This document shows positions 10,648 to 22,400 of a stretch of DNA of 64,000 nucleotides, one piece after another. The number at the start of each line of letters is the position of its first letter. Position 1 is the stretch's first letter. A program made the position numbers and the translations under genes. Below the pieces are notes generated by a model. That model was not told where the DNA came from and did no database searches. It saw nothing but the letters and a program-made list of their open reading frames with translations. Origin of the DNA: Bdellovibrionales bacterium (lineage in GTDB: Bacteria; Bdellovibrionota; Bdellovibrionia; Bdellovibrionales; CAYMLA01); assembly GCA_965217115.1 (NCBI GenBank), contig OZ244239.1, forward strand, positions 1,120,001 through 1,184,000, written 5' to 3'.

Positions 10648-10896
10648 TCACCCAGGAATCGCAGAAAAACATCGACCTCCAATCAGGTCTAAAACTAATT
10701 TCATTCTTTCAACACGACCATCTGGACAAGGCAAGGAATGTTTTTTCATCAATAACTGTACTTTTTTCTCATCAGGAAAATCCTTCAACAACTCACTCAC
10801 CAAGTTTTCAACACCATCCAACTTTGAGTCCACAACATTCAAATCAACATCTCTTTGAATAGTTCTCAATGAATCCACTCTTACCCCCTCGATCAA
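10648..10896 (-). CDS. Small hypothetical protein
   Basis: 82-aa ORF co-oriented between uppP and the PLP enzyme, 11 nt from the next start; no recognisable motif. Confidence 0.5.
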   Translation of the reverse strand: MIEGVRVDSLRTIQRDVDLNVVDSKLDGVENLVSELLKDFPDEKKVQLLMKKHSLPCPDGRVERMKLVLDLIGGRCFSAIPG

Positions 10897-10993
10897 CGCC
10901 GCTCTTGATAAAATTGTATCACATTTTCACTAGACTCTTGTCCCTCCAAACTCGACTTTCTTTAAAATATTGCACCGCACACAGACCTAAGTC

Positions 10994-11803
10994 TCAAGAA
11001 AACCAAAGCGCGACAACACCCATAAACCACATGTAAAAGGCAAACACCTCCAGCCTTCCCCTTCCCACAACTCGTATAATCAACCACAAACCTAGCAATC
11101 CAGAAATATAAGAGAATATCAAACCCACAACCAAATACCCAAAGACGTCCCCCGAAAAAGACAAGTTCCTCAGCTGTAACACAGCAGCCCCTAAAATGGC
11201 TGGAATCGCCAATAAAAAGCTAAACAATGCAGCCGATTTTCCCTTTTCACCCAAAAATAATCCACCCACGATCGTCATTCCAGAACGACTCACCCCTGGA
11301 GCAATAGCCAATGCCTGTAAGACACCTATAATAAAAGCCTTTTTAAAGGAGATTCGTGGCAAAACAGAGAACTCTCCAAAACCATCAAAGTTTCTTTGAC
11401 CCAACCATCTCGTCGCAAAGAGCAGCACGCCCGTCATTATCATTAAAAGCCCCACTGCCTGCACACTGGAGAACAATCGAGTGAACTCACTCTTAAAAAG
11501 CAACCCTATAACTGCCGTTGGCACTGTTGCCACGACCACAGCAACTGATAAATGCACCCCTCCAGACAAATTCTTCCAGTTCCTGATAAGAAAAATATCT
11601 TTCAATATTTTTCCTATCACCGAACGATAGACCGTCAACACAGAGAACAAAGTTCCCACATGGACAATCACATCAAAAGTCAGGTCATGCTGTTCTACAC
11701 CCAACCATTTTTGAAAAAGGACCAAATGCCCTGAACTAGATATGGGCAAAAATTCTGCCAATCCTTGCACAATTCCCAATAAGGCCGCCGTCAATACATC
11801 CAA
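10994..11803 (-). CDS. uppP: Undecaprenyl-diphosphate phosphatase BacA/UppP
   Basis: GIVQGLAEFLPISSSGH, PGVSRSG, FSFLLAIP motifs; polytopic membrane protein. Confidence 0.96.
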   Translation of the reverse strand: MDVLTAALLGIVQGLAEFLPISSSGHLVLFQKWLGVEQHDLTFDVIVHVGTLFSVLTVYRSVIGKILKDIFLIRNWKNLSGGVHLSVAVVVATVPTAVIGLLFKSEFTRLFSSVQAVGLLMIMTGVLLFATRWLGQRNFDGFGEFSVLPRISFKKAFIIGVLQALAIAPGVSRSGMTIVGGLFLGEKGKSAALFSFLLAIPAILGAAVLQLRNLSFSGDVFGYLVVGLIFSYISGLLGLWLIIRVVGRGRLEVFAFYMWFMGVVALWFS

Positions 11804-11817
11804 AACAATCTCTTTTT

Positions 11818-12336
11818 CTAAAATTCTAAAGTCGATTTATTTACTAGTTTGCCATATTTTCTATACAGAAGCTCTTGTTTTTTCTTCTTAACCAAACTCC
11901 AACAATACCCTGCCTCTCCATTAACACTCAAAACATCTCCTGTGAGAATGTTCTCTAAAGTAACCGATTTTCTCAAAGAACTCTTACAATAAATATCAAA
12001 CTCCCGAATAAGAATTTTCCTCTCACCTGGAGACAGCTTTTTAAACTCATCTCCCAAAATCAAAGATTCATAACAGGCAAGTGGAATTTTATTTCTCTTC
12101 ACCTGTAAACGGCATTTTTTAAGTGCTAAATTCCACTTCTTCCTCTTGATTATTTGTTTAGATAAAAGCTCACTGTCCCCAACGGTCAGCAAACGGTCTA
12201 TATAGAGTTTCCTCCAAGACTCTTTCTCTACAAAATAATCAGCCAACGAAACTCGACCAAGAATTATACAGCTGAGAAATAAAGGCAAAAACCAGAAAAA
12301 CGTCGGTTTTTTGACTGACTTATCAATTAGCTCCAT
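11818..12336 (-). CDS. Exported hypothetical protein
   Basis: 172-aa ORF, N-terminal hydrophobic segment, several Cys; start overlaps the upstream stop codon. Confidence 0.65.
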   Translation of the reverse strand: MELIDKSVKKPTFFWFLPLFLSCIILGRVSLADYFVEKESWRKLYIDRLLTVGDSELLSKQIIKRKKWNLALKKCRLQVKRNKIPLACYESLILGDEFKKLSPGERKILIREFDIYCKSSLRKSVTLENILTGDVLSVNGEAGYCWSLVKKKKQELLYRKYGKLVNKSTLEF

Positions 12337-12761
12337 TAGACCTCCAAGAATTGTTTTAAAATTGGCCCCAATATCAACATCATAAAAGCTGGAAACTGAA
12401 AAAACAAAAGTGGCATTAACATTTTAAGCGGTAGTTTTGCTGCAAATTCATCCACCTCATCTAAGGACCTGCCAACAATCTCTTCTTCCAGCCCTTCCAA
12501 AACAGAGAGAATTGGGTAGCCCTCCAGTCCTTTCTCTAAAACCTCCAATAACTGCTTGCGATACACGTTCAATTCACAGTCTTTTCTAAAAACACCTCGT
12601 TTTCCCTGCTCATAAAGAGCCAACCATCTGCCCACTTCCTCAGAAAATGAACCAGACTCATTGTTCACAAAAAAAAGAACTCCACTCCTCAGTGACCTCT
12701 GAGAAGACAAGTATCTTTTGGAGATCAAGAGAAGATTTAAAGTTGGACTTACACCTTCCAT
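12336..12761 (-). CDS. Short TadC-like (T2SS F family) membrane protein
   Basis: C-terminal AAKLPLKMLMPLLFFQFPAFMMLILGP is the typical TadC tail; only 141 aa. Confidence 0.65.
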   Translation of the reverse strand: MEGVSPTLNLLLISKRYLSSQRSLRSGVLFFVNNESGSFSEEVGRWLALYEQGKRGVFRKDCELNVYRKQLLEVLEKGLEGYPILSVLEGLEEEIVGRSLDEVDEFAAKLPLKMLMPLLFFQFPAFMMLILGPILKQFLEV

Positions 12762-13492
12762 CGATACCCTCTTCCACCCCTATAAATCCAAAAACTTCCA
12801 CAGGAAAATAAAAACAAAGACATTCCTATTAGCCCCATGTTTTCCTCAAATCCTTGGAAAAAAATTAAAAAACACAGTAACAAGAAGTACAAAATACTCA
12901 AAACAACTGATTGCAAACGAATCTGACGCAACACTTGCTCAGATTTATGTCGGATTTTTCCCTCAATTTTAAGATTTCTTCGCAAATAAAGAAGGTTTTC
13001 CAGCTGGTGATGGGGGATTTCTCCTATTTTTTCCATCTCTAATGCCACTTTAAAAGCAAAAGAAGATCTCGAACATTGGTCTTTTTGTTGCGAAAAAACC
13101 ACAAAACACACCAAATTTTGAATTTTCTTTCTAAAAAACATGTTTTTTTCTTCATCCACAGACACCTGTAAAGATTCGTGAAAAGCCCTCCCTGATCTCA
13201 TCAATAAAACAACCCGATCCAAAAAAAACAAGAAATAATCACGAAACTCTCTCTCTCTTTTCACGCAAAGAAACTCTTTTGCGACAAACAACAATAATGA
13301 AAATAAAATACCTAAAACACCTATAAACAAAGCGTTTTTATGAAAAATAAAAACAAAAACAACAACGGCTAAAATAAAAAAAGTGCCAAATTTTGTCAGC
13401 GTTTTTCTCAACATGACTCCACTGCCATCAATAAATTGAATTGTCCGAAATACAAATAAAAATACGGCAAACAAAAGGCATAAATCTTTCAT
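12749..13492 (-). CDS. Divergent TadB-like (T2SS F family) membrane protein
   Basis: N-terminal TM pair, FLDRVVLLMRSGRAFHESL (TadB helix), QIRLQSVVLSIL followed by two TMs; overlaps the TadC-like gene. Confidence 0.65.
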   Translation of the reverse strand: MKDLCLLFAVFLFVFRTIQFIDGSGVMLRKTLTKFGTFFILAVVVFVFIFHKNALFIGVLGILFSLLLFVAKEFLCVKREREFRDYFLFFLDRVVLLMRSGRAFHESLQVSVDEEKNMFFRKKIQNLVCFVVFSQQKDQCSRSSFAFKVALEMEKIGEIPHHQLENLLYLRRNLKIEGKIRHKSEQVLRQIRLQSVVLSILYFLLLCFLIFFQGFEENMGLIGMSLFLFSCGSFWIYRGGRGYRWKV

Positions 13493-13636
13493 AACTAACC
13501 CTCACATCAAAAAAAAGTAAGCAATAAAAGTGCTAAAGATATTTTTTCTATTGACGATGAATGTCATATCGAAGGAAAATTAAGTAAGTCTTCGTAGTCG
13601 ACAACTAAGAAGTAATTCATCCTAGGAGGAGAACAA

Positions 13637-13999
13637 ATGGCAAAAGCAAAAAAAAAGGTGACTAAGAGAAAAGTTACTAAAAAGAAAGCAACTAAGAGGA
13701 AAGTTACTAAAAAAAAGGTGACTAAGAAAAAAGTTACTAAAAAGAAGGTAACTAAGAGAAAAGTTACTAAAAAGAAGGCAACTAAGAAAAAAGTTACTAA
13801 AAAGAAGGTGACTAAGAAGAAAACGACTAAAAAGAAGGCCGCTAAGAAAAAAGCGACCAAAAAGAAAGCAACTAAGAGAAAGAAAGTCACTAAGAGAAAG
13901 AAAGTCACTAAGAGAAAGAAAGCGACTAAGAAAAAGAAAGTCACTAAGAGAAAGGTGACTAAAAAGAAAGCAAAAAGAAAAGTCGCTAGAAAAAAATAA
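13637..13999 (+). CDS. Histone H1-like / Lys-rich nucleoid-associated protein
   Basis: AGGAGG RBS; 120 aa of (V/A/T)TK(K/R)K penta-/hexapeptide repeats, 74 of 120 residues K/R, no acidic residues; own terminator. Confidence 0.8.
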   Translation: MAKAKKKVTKRKVTKKKATKRKVTKKKVTKKKVTKKKVTKRKVTKKKATKKKVTKKKVTKKKTTKKKAAKKKATKKKATKRKKVTKRKKVTKRKKATKKKKVTKRKVTKKKAKRKVARKK

Positions 14000-14019
14000 G
14001 TTCAGCTAACAAGCTAAAC

Positions 14020-14055
14020 AAAAAAAGGTCCGTTTAATAAACGGACCTTTTTTTT
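14020..14055. terminator. Bidirectional rho-independent terminator
   Basis: AAAAAAAGGTCCGTTT-AAT-AAACGGACCTTTTTTTT between convergent genes. Confidence 0.9.
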
Positions 14056-14095
14056 ATTGTCTTACAAATGTAAATGATTGATTGATTCAGCTCTA

Positions 14096-14662
14096 TTAAA
14101 AATAATAAAGGAACCCTATAGAGCTGTTAGGTGATACAGACAAATTTTGAACTCCAACTATAAGATCTAGCTCAGCATAAACAGAGACTCCAGACCACTC
14201 CCCTTTCAATTGGACGTATTGCAGACCCATCGCTGAAACAATAGATGTCTGCGCTCTTGTGCTCCTCGCCACATCTTTGTCCTGTGCTTCTAAAGCACGC
14301 CAATTAGAGAGACCCAACTTCAAATAAGGCAAAAGCCACTGCCCTGGAAGTGCTTTTTTCCAAGAGACGTTAAAAGACCTGATTCCCTCTTCTCCTCCAT
14401 AACCAATAACTAAACTATTTTCCTTTGTGAAGTTAAGCTCTAGTTCTACGCCGCCTGCTCCATAACTCCCTGAAGCAACCAAGCCAACGCCCACTCTATT
14501 ATCTCTCCTCAGCATCATTGCACTAGAGTACGAACGAAAAGACGTCACAGACGAACTTTCCTCAATTGCCTTTCCTCCCTCTTCAATAAGAATAGCTCCA
14601 TAGGATGGCGATTCACGGAAAAATGATCCAAAAAGAATAAGTACTAATAAAGGAAACCTCAT
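14096..14662 (-). CDS. Small outer-membrane beta-barrel-like protein
   Basis: Signal peptide, alternating Gly/hydrophobic strands, C-terminal GFLYYF (terminal Phe). Confidence 0.65.
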   Translation of the reverse strand: MRFPLLVLILFGSFFRESPSYGAILIEEGGKAIEESSSVTSFRSYSSAMMLRRDNRVGVGLVASGSYGAGGVELELNFTKENSLVIGYGGEEGIRSFNVSWKKALPGQWLLPYLKLGLSNWRALEAQDKDVARSTRAQTSIVSAMGLQYVQLKGEWSGVSVYAELDLIVGVQNLSVSPNSSIGFLYYF

Positions 14663-14886
14663 TTACTACTCCCGCTAAAGTATTTAATAAAAATATAAAG
14701 AAGCATTACAAAGAAATCCTATGCCAATAGAAAAGGCTCTCCAAGTATATTACTTTCTATGTTGCGGCGAGTTGTCTCCTGTCTTTTCAATCTCACTCAT
14801 ACAGACGCATAATCCCTTGGCCCTCTATGCAATGTCGTATAAAATAACACCTCCAAAATAATAATAAAATCACAAGATGGGGCTCA

Positions 14887-16053
14887 ATGAATATTCATGA
14901 ATATCAAGCAAAAGAGGTTTTGCGAGGTTTTGGCGTCAAAACATTAAATGGCGAACTTGCACAAACAGCAGATGAGGCTGTCAACATCGCAGATAAACTT
15001 GGGGGAACCGTCTGGGTCGTAAAAGCCCAAATCCATGCCGGAGGACGGGGAAAAGGTGGCGGAGTTAAAGTCGCCAAATCCAAAGAAGAAGTTCGCCAAT
15101 ACGCTAAACAAATTATCGGAATGAACCTTGTTACTCACCAAACGGGCCCCGAGGGAAAACTTGTTGAAAAAATCTACATCGAACAAGGTTGCGATATTGC
15201 CAAGGAGTATTATTTGGCTTGTCTCGTTGATCGAGCCACAAACCGAGTAACCATGATGGCCAGCTCAGAAGGGGGAATGGATATTGAAGAGGTGGCTGAG
15301 AAAAACCCTGAAGCCATCAAAAAAATCACCATTGATCCCGTCACTGGTCTTATTCCGTTCCAAGCAAGACAGCTCGCCTTTGCCATCGGCCTTAATGGCA
15401 AAGCCATAAATAAAACTGTCAAATTTATGCTCTGTCTCTATCAGGCCTTTATCGAAAAAGATTGCTCTATTGCTGAGATTAATCCTTTAGTTGTTACAGC
15501 TGACGAGGATGTTATTTGCCTAGATGCTAAAATGAATTTTGACTCCAATGCTCTTTACCGCCACGCCGAAATAGTCTCCTACAGAGATTTAACTGAAGAG
15601 GACCCTTCCGAAGTGGAAGCCAGTCAACATGATCTCGCTTTTATTAAACTTGATGGAAACATTGGCTGTCTCGTTAACGGAGCTGGTCTAGCCATGGCGA
15701 CAATGGATATCATAAAACTCCATGGTGACAGTCCTGCTAATTTTCTCGATGTCGGCGGTGGAGCCACAAAAGAGAAAGTCACCGAAGCTTTTAAAATCAT
15801 TCTACGTGACGAAAATGTGAAAGGAATTCTTGTTAATATTTTTGGTGGTATCATGAAATGCGATATCATTGCAGAAGGAGTTATTGCCGCATCCAAAGAA
15901 CTCGGACTTAGCGTTCCTCTCGTTGTTCGCCTTGCAGGGACAAATGTTGATCTCGGTAAAAAACTTCTTGCCGAAAGTGATCTTGATATTTTACCTGCCG
16001 ATGACTTAACAGATGCTGCACAGAAAATCACAGCAGCCATAAAGGGAGTTTAG
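14887..16053 (+). CDS. sucC: Succinyl-CoA synthetase beta subunit
   Basis: [50 protein letters not shown]. Confidence 0.98.
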   Translation: MNIHEYQAKEVLRGFGVKTLNGELAQTADEAVNIADKLGGTVWVVKAQIHAGGRGKGGGVKVAKSKEEVRQYAKQIIGMNLVTHQTGPEGKLVEKIYIEQGCDIAKEYYLACLVDRATNRVTMMASSEGGMDIEEVAEKNPEAIKKITIDPVTGLIPFQARQLAFAIGLNGKAINKTVKFMLCLYQAFIEKDCSIAEINPLVVTADEDVICLDAKMNFDSNALYRHAEIVSYRDLTEEDPSEVEASQHDLAFIKLDGNIGCLVNGAGLAMATMDIIKLHGDSPANFLDVGGGATKEKVTEAFKIILRDENVKGILVNIFGGIMKCDIIAEGVIAASKELGLSVPLVVRLAGTNVDLGKKLLAESDLDILPADDLTDAAQKITAAIKGV

Positions 16054-16054
16054 C

Positions 16055-16921
16055 ATGTCTATTCTTATTGATCGAAATACAAAAGTTATTTGCCAAGGAT
16101 TTACTGGGTCCCAAGGAACTTTTCATTCAGAACAATCCATCGCCTATGGAACGCAAATGGTTGGCGGTGTGACTCCAGGAAAGGGAGGAAGCTCTCACAT
16201 TGGACTTCCCGTGTTTAACACCGTCGCAGAGGCCAAAGAACGTACCCATTGTAATGCCTCTGTTATTTTTGTCCCCCCTCCTTTTGCCGCCGATGCTATT
16301 ATGGAGGCTGTCGATGCTGAACTAGACCTTGTCATTTGTATCACCGAAGGTATCCCTGTTCTTGATATGATCAAAGTTAGACGCTATATGGATAATAAAA
16401 AGACTCGGCTTATCGGGCCAAATTGTCCTGGTGTTATCACACCAGATCAATGCAAAATCGGTATTATGCCAGGACATATTCATAAGGCCGGTCCTATCGG
16501 TGTTCTCTCTCGCTCTGGAACTCTAACCTACGAAGCCGTGGGACAACTCACAGCTCTTGATTTAGGACAGAGTACCTGTGTCGGAATCGGTGGTGATCCT
16601 GTCAACGGCACTAATTTCATTGATATGCTGGAACTATATAATGCTGATCCCGACACAAAAGGCCTCATCATGATCGGAGAGATCGGTGGAACCGCTGAAG
16701 AGGAAGCTGCCGAGTATATTAAAAAAGAATTTAAAAAACCTGTCACCGCTTTCATAGCAGGTGCAACGGCTCCTCCAGGAAAACGCATGGGTCATGCTGG
16801 AGCTATCATCAGCGGCGGAAAAGGAACTGCTGAAGCAAAATTTGAAGCCCTAAAAAGTGCTGGTTGCCAAATTGCTCGCAGCCCAGCTGATTTAGGAATT
16901 ACGTTAAAAAATTCCCTCTAA
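16055..16921 (+). CDS. sucD: Succinyl-CoA synthetase alpha subunit
   Basis: [33 protein letters not shown] (phospho-His). Confidence 0.98.
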   Translation: MSILIDRNTKVICQGFTGSQGTFHSEQSIAYGTQMVGGVTPGKGGSSHIGLPVFNTVAEAKERTHCNASVIFVPPPFAADAIMEAVDAELDLVICITEGIPVLDMIKVRRYMDNKKTRLIGPNCPGVITPDQCKIGIMPGHIHKAGPIGVLSRSGTLTYEAVGQLTALDLGQSTCVGIGGDPVNGTNFIDMLELYNADPDTKGLIMIGEIGGTAEEEAAEYIKKEFKKPVTAFIAGATAPPGKRMGHAGAIISGGKGTAEAKFEALKSAGCQIARSPADLGITLKNSL

Positions 16922-16957
16922 ATTTCTTTGATATTTTCTTTTATATAAGGTTAAAAA

Positions 16958-19186
16958 ATGACTTCTAAAATTACTTACACAAAAACAGATGAAGCCCCCG
17001 CTTTAGCAACAAGTTCCTTTCTACCCATTGTCCAGCTTTTTACTTCGACGGCAGGAATAGAAATAGAAACAAAAGACATCTCTCTAGCGGGGAGAATTAT
17101 TTCCAATTTCTCAAAAACCCTCAATGACGAACAAAAAACAACAAACGCTTTAAATGAATTAGGAGCTTTGGCCAAAACCCCAGATGCCAATATTATTAAA
17201 CTTCCAAATATAAGTGCATCTGTGCCTCAACTCAAAGCTGCCATTAGCGAACTGCAATCTAAAGGGTATAATCTTCCAGATTACCCTGAAAACCCACAAA
17301 GCAAGAGTGACGAAGAGAACAGAGCCATCTACGCAAAAGTCCTGGGGAGCGCCGTTAATCCTGTCCTCAGAGAAGGAAACTCTGATCGAAGAGTTGCAGG
17401 TCCTGTAAAAGAGTATGCTAAAAGAAATCCTCACTCCATGGGTGCCTGGAGTTCTAACTCTAAAAGTCATGTCGCTCATATGAAAGATGGTGACTTCTAC
17501 TCCAGTGAAAAATCAATTATTCTCGATCGTGAAACAAACGTGTCCATTAAATTTATTTCTGAAAATAACACCACAAAAACCCTCAAAGAAAAGACACCTC
17601 TTCTCACTGGTGAAATTATTGATGCTTCTGTGATGAACAGCGATTCTCTCTGCCAGTTTTTTTCTGAGCAAATACAAGATGCTAAAAAAAACAATCTTCT
17701 TCTCTCTCTCCATCTTAAAGCAACAATGATGAAAGTCTCCGATCCAATTATTTTTGGTCTCGCCGTGCGCACCTACTTCAAGAGTGTTTTTGATAAACAC
17801 TCTCTTATTCTTGAAAAAATCGGGGTGAACCCCTGTAATGGTCTTAATGACCTTGAATCTAAAATTCAAAATCTTCCAGAAACTCAAAGAGAGGAAATTA
17901 AAGATGACTTAAAAAAATGCTACGAAAATGGTCCAGATTTAGCCATGGTCGATTCTGACAAAGGCATTACAAACCTTCATGTCCCTAGTGATATTATTAT
18001 CGACGCCTCTATGCCTGCTGCTATCCGTGCTTCTGGGAAGATGTGGGGTTCTGATGGTAAGCTTCATGACACAAAAGCCATGATTCCCGACCGTTCCTAT
18101 GCTGGTGTCTACCAAGCAACAATTGATTTTTGCAAAGAAAACGGGGCTTTCGATCCCTCAACAATGGGTAACGTTGCAAACGTCGGACTTATGGCCAAAA
18201 AAGCAGAGGAATATGGCTCCCATGACAAAACATTCTGTCTACAGGAAAAGGGTGTTGTTCGCGTTATTGACGACTCAGGTAAAACTCTGCTCGAACACCC
18301 TGTCAACAAAGGCGATATTTGGCGTATGTGCCAAACCAAAGATGAAGCGATTAAAGACTGGATCAGACTCGCCATCAATAGAGCTAAGTCCACTAAAAAT
18401 CCTGCTATTTTCTGGCTCGACAAGAACAGAGCCCATGATGTCAATCTCATTGAAAAAATAACTTCTTATCTTAAAGTCCATGACGATGTGATTTCGACGA
18501 ACAACCTAGAGGTTCAAATTCTTTCTCCTTTTGAAGCTTGTAGAGTCTCCCTTGAAAGAATGAAAAAAGGCCAGGACACGATCTCCGTCACAGGAAATGT
18601 CCTACGTGATTACCTCACAGATCTTTTTCCCATCCTTGAACTAGGAACCAGTGCAAAAATGCTCTCTATTGTTCCACTTCTTTCTGGCGGTGGGCTTTTT
18701 GAAACTGGCGCAGGAGGGTCCGCTCCAAAACATGTGCAACAATTTTTAGAGGAAGGACATCTACGATGGGATTCTCTCGGAGAGTTTCTAGCCTTGGCCG
18801 TTTCCTTAGAAGCCTTAGGCGAAAAAACAAACAATGAAAAAGCTCTTACACTTGCTAAAACACTCAATAAAGCCAATGGTCAATATCTCTCCGTCAATAA
18901 ATCTCCCTCACGCAAAGTGGGAGAAATAGATAATCGTGGAAGTCATTTTTATCTAACTATGTACTGGGCAGAAGCTCTTGCTGAACAAAATGAAAACATC
19001 GATCTACAAGAAATATTTTCTTCTATCTCTAAAGAATTAAAAGAAAACGAAGTGACCATTGTCTCTGAACTCAAGCAGGCACAGGGATGCCCCGTTGATC
19101 TTGGTGGTTATTACTTCCCAGATGAAGAAAAAATCACTCGCTCCATGAGGCCAAGTGAAACCTTTAATTCTATTTTAAATCGATAG
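16958..19186 (+). CDS. icd: Monomeric NADP-dependent isocitrate dehydrogenase
   Basis: 742 aa; [50 protein letters not shown]. Confidence 0.97.
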   Translation: MTSKITYTKTDEAPALATSSFLPIVQLFTSTAGIEIETKDISLAGRIISNFSKTLNDEQKTTNALNELGALAKTPDANIIKLPNISASVPQLKAAISELQSKGYNLPDYPENPQSKSDEENRAIYAKVLGSAVNPVLREGNSDRRVAGPVKEYAKRNPHSMGAWSSNSKSHVAHMKDGDFYSSEKSIILDRETNVSIKFISENNTTKTLKEKTPLLTGEIIDASVMNSDSLCQFFSEQIQDAKKNNLLLSLHLKATMMKVSDPIIFGLAVRTYFKSVFDKHSLILEKIGVNPCNGLNDLESKIQNLPETQREEIKDDLKKCYENGPDLAMVDSDKGITNLHVPSDIIIDASMPAAIRASGKMWGSDGKLHDTKAMIPDRSYAGVYQATIDFCKENGAFDPSTMGNVANVGLMAKKAEEYGSHDKTFCLQEKGVVRVIDDSGKTLLEHPVNKGDIWRMCQTKDEAIKDWIRLAINRAKSTKNPAIFWLDKNRAHDVNLIEKITSYLKVHDDVISTNNLEVQILSPFEACRVSLERMKKGQDTISVTGNVLRDYLTDLFPILELGTSAKMLSIVPLLSGGGLFETGAGGSAPKHVQQFLEEGHLRWDSLGEFLALAVSLEALGEKTNNEKALTLAKTLNKANGQYLSVNKSPSRKVGEIDNRGSHFYLTMYWAEALAEQNENIDLQEIFSSISKELKENEVTIVSELKQAQGCPVDLGGYYFPDEEKITRSMRPSETFNSILNR

Positions 19187-19446
19187 GCCTCTCTAAAATT
19201 TTGATAAATTATTATTTAAATACGGCTATTTTATTTTAATTTAATTTATTTGAAAAAAAACACTTGAAACAGTTCTCTTCTCCCTCAAATCCACCTTGTT
19301 CAAACTTATTTTTGAAAAAATTTCATACTCTTCAATTCATTTTGAATAGTTTAGAGATCTTTGCTAGTTTCCCTTCTTTGTTGGTTTAGACACTCATAAA
19401 GTGTCGTACACAAAATTTTGTCTATAAAATTTTTAAGGAGTCGTGG

Positions 19447-22400
19447 TTGAGTTTACGTACAAAAACCTTTTTTTTATTTCTACTCCTCCCACTCTGTGTA
19501 GGAGCATCAGGGCTCTCCCTGCCAATAGGTGTTGTCTCTAAACCAGCTACTGATCTGCTCTCACCGTCTTCTAGTAAAGGCCTCAATACCAACGAAATTA
19601 TCTCTCTTGAGAGAGACGGCTTTGATATCAGTTTACTCAACCCATCAGATAATAAGCTCTGGCAAAATCAAAGCTACTCAGCCTCCAACGCTCACAAATA
19701 CAGCTATCCACAACCAGGCCCTGCTTCAGTAACAACTGTTACATTTGTTGCCCACGAATCTGAAAATAAATTCACCTACATGGCTCGCGTAAAAAAAGGC
19801 TCACGCTATTTTCGTTTCTCCCTGAGTCGTTATGCCCACACCACTCTCCTTCGCGCCAACTTACTAAGAAAACTAGGCTATTTTGTACCTTCACCCAAGT
19901 TTTACTCTGATATCACCGTTAAGTTCTCCTCTGTTGATCAGATGGAGCAGTTTATGAAGCATGCCCAAGAAGCCACTTCCTCTGATTTTGTCAGTCGTAA
20001 GTGGTTCAAAAAAATTGATAAAGAGGGCTTTCAAGTCACCTTTAGTAATGCCCTCTTAGAACCCACTTCAGCTAATTACTTTGACATCCACTGGGCCTTT
20101 GTTCCAAAACCAGAAAACCCTAAACACCGAGGTTTCATTAGACAGCTTTCAAAAAATCGAGCCTTCAGAGCCTTAATTATTCCTCTCGTTTTAGCTGACC
20201 TTCCAGAGAGTATTAATCGCTTTTCTCCAAAAATAGGTTCTATCTATGCCAATAACGTTCTCTTTAATCACCCCTCATCAAGTTCTTTTTTCGCCTGTAA
20301 CTACAGCGATGCCAAATGGATTGTCAGGAAAATTCTTCGTCTCTCTAGCCAAGACTGGCGAGAGATCATTCAACACAGTCACCTACCTAAAGAGATCAAT
20401 GAAATTGTTTATAGAAAAATCCTCTATCGTGTTCGCAATCTCTCCGAATTATTCAACCTAAAAAAAGATTTTCAAAACCAACACACCAGCTCTTTGCCTC
20501 GTCTGAAGTGGGATTCCCCTTCTGGCCTTATTCTCAAAGGAAAAGTCACGCAAGAATTTATAGATGGATATCCACAACGTTTTTCCCACGGAGACAGGGA
20601 ATCCCCCTTTAGCAGCGACGATATTTTTCGTTATATCTCCATCGAAGCTGCTTCATCAGGTTTAGGTGAAATACTCAACAAAGTGAATAAAAACCTCTCC
20701 ATCGTTAGCCATCAGGATCTTGCCCAAAAAAGACAGAAAGTTATTCAGCAAAGAATTCACGATCATATTCAAAAAAACCCCCTCACTTCTCTATTTCAAA
20801 AAGTGGAATCATGGGGAGGAGTCGTTGCAGGAGGATCAGTCGATGCTAGCCGCCATGTTGCCACTGGCACTTATTATGACAGCCATGCAGCCATTCAGTT
20901 GGTCGATCATCTTACCGTCAACACCAACATTGGTTATTTCAGAGGCCTCGATGGCTACGCAAAGGTGTTCCCCTCGGCAGGTGGTAATTTACAACTGCAA
21001 CGCAGCTACACCCACGTCCGCCCCATAAACACACTTGAAGAAGGAAAAAAAGTCCCCTGGGAAAATGTTTTTATCCCTGGCTTTTTAAACAATCTTATTA
21101 AAGACTTAGACAAACCATCGACAGACGCCACTTCTCAAGAAAACTCCCTCAATTCTTTTTTAAACCAGCTCAAAGACGGGGAAGTTTTCACCATCAGTGA
21201 TTCTGTTGCTTTAACAGGATACCTACAGGTGGCTTCTTCCATTGATGTTCTTCTCGGAATGAAGCCCTTTAGGTATACCAACGCCATTTCCCTTGGAACT
21301 GATGCAAGCCTTGTGGTCTTAAAACAAACCCACTTTCTCAAAACCAAAGATGGCTTACAGATTTTTATTCGCTCCATTAACAACAAGGCTGCAGGAATTA
21401 GTTTTGATGCAAACTACTTCATCAACCTTATAAGACTCAGAGCCTCCACGACCCGCTCTAAAACGGCAATCGATGCTTATATTATTCCCTACTCCACAGA
21501 GATATCATCCCTTATTGAAGACAAAACAAAAAAACAAGAACTCACAAATAAACAAGAACATCTTCAAATCGCCCTCTCGGCGCTTTTTAAAGAAAATGAC
21601 CACGAACTTCTACAAAAATATTTTTCTGACAAAAAATTTAAGATCAATCATGAGCTTTTCACCAAAAAAACTTCGTCAAAGTTCTTTTTAGAACACAGAC
21701 GTTCATTTTATGAAGAACATGATTTGCACTTAAAATACCCTGAAAACAAAGACTATCCCCACCTCAAAGCAGAAGATGAAAAAGTGCATATTTTTTCCTC
21801 TCGCCAAGGAAAACTCGTTGGCTATGACATTCTCAATCTCTTTGCCGATTTTTTTAATCAATTTATCGACAAACCAGGGGCCCTCTCTTTCGCTCAATCC
21901 CCAAACCCTGCCAATCTTGCCTTTGGTAAAGCCCATTGGAAAACCATCTCTGTGGAAGCTGATTTAAGCTCCTCGAAAGACTCCTACCCCTCCGTCGGAA
22001 AGATACAAAAAATCTGGGGCGGCTGGAAAATAGATCGGCCTGAGTTCCTTGAACTCATCCAAAACGCTTCAAAAGACCTCCTTGATTCCGAGAATAATTC
22101 CTACAGACTTTTAGAGGAAGAGGCCTTTAACGATGTCAACAGTGTCGAGTTTTATCGAGTTACTTCCAATTTTTCTATTTTTGAAGACGGCTTGAATAAA
22201 ATAAGAGATCTCATGTTACAAATAGAGTACAAAGACTTAGACAAAAACTCTTCATCTCAAACACAGGGTTTTTCCTTAGGCTCTGTGGTATCAAATCTTT
22301 TTTCTAAATTAAGCTTTTCTTCTGAAAAATACTTAGCGTCTGATAAATTTTTTTACGAAGCTATTCTTAAAATGTTCGCTTATGGGGATGTCGCTCTTGG

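Noticed and set aside
13564..13944. 126-aa Phe/Leu/Val-rich ORF on the - strand
   Set aside because: Antisense shadow of the Lys-repeat gene; the + strand ORF has the RBS and terminator
13650..13990. Short periodic repeats resembling a CRISPR or satellite array
   Set aside because: 15/18-nt in-frame coding repeats with no unique spacers; no cas genes in the window
14710..14727. Sigma54-like TGGCA box upstream of the 14662 gene
   Set aside because: The -12 GC dinucleotide is missing
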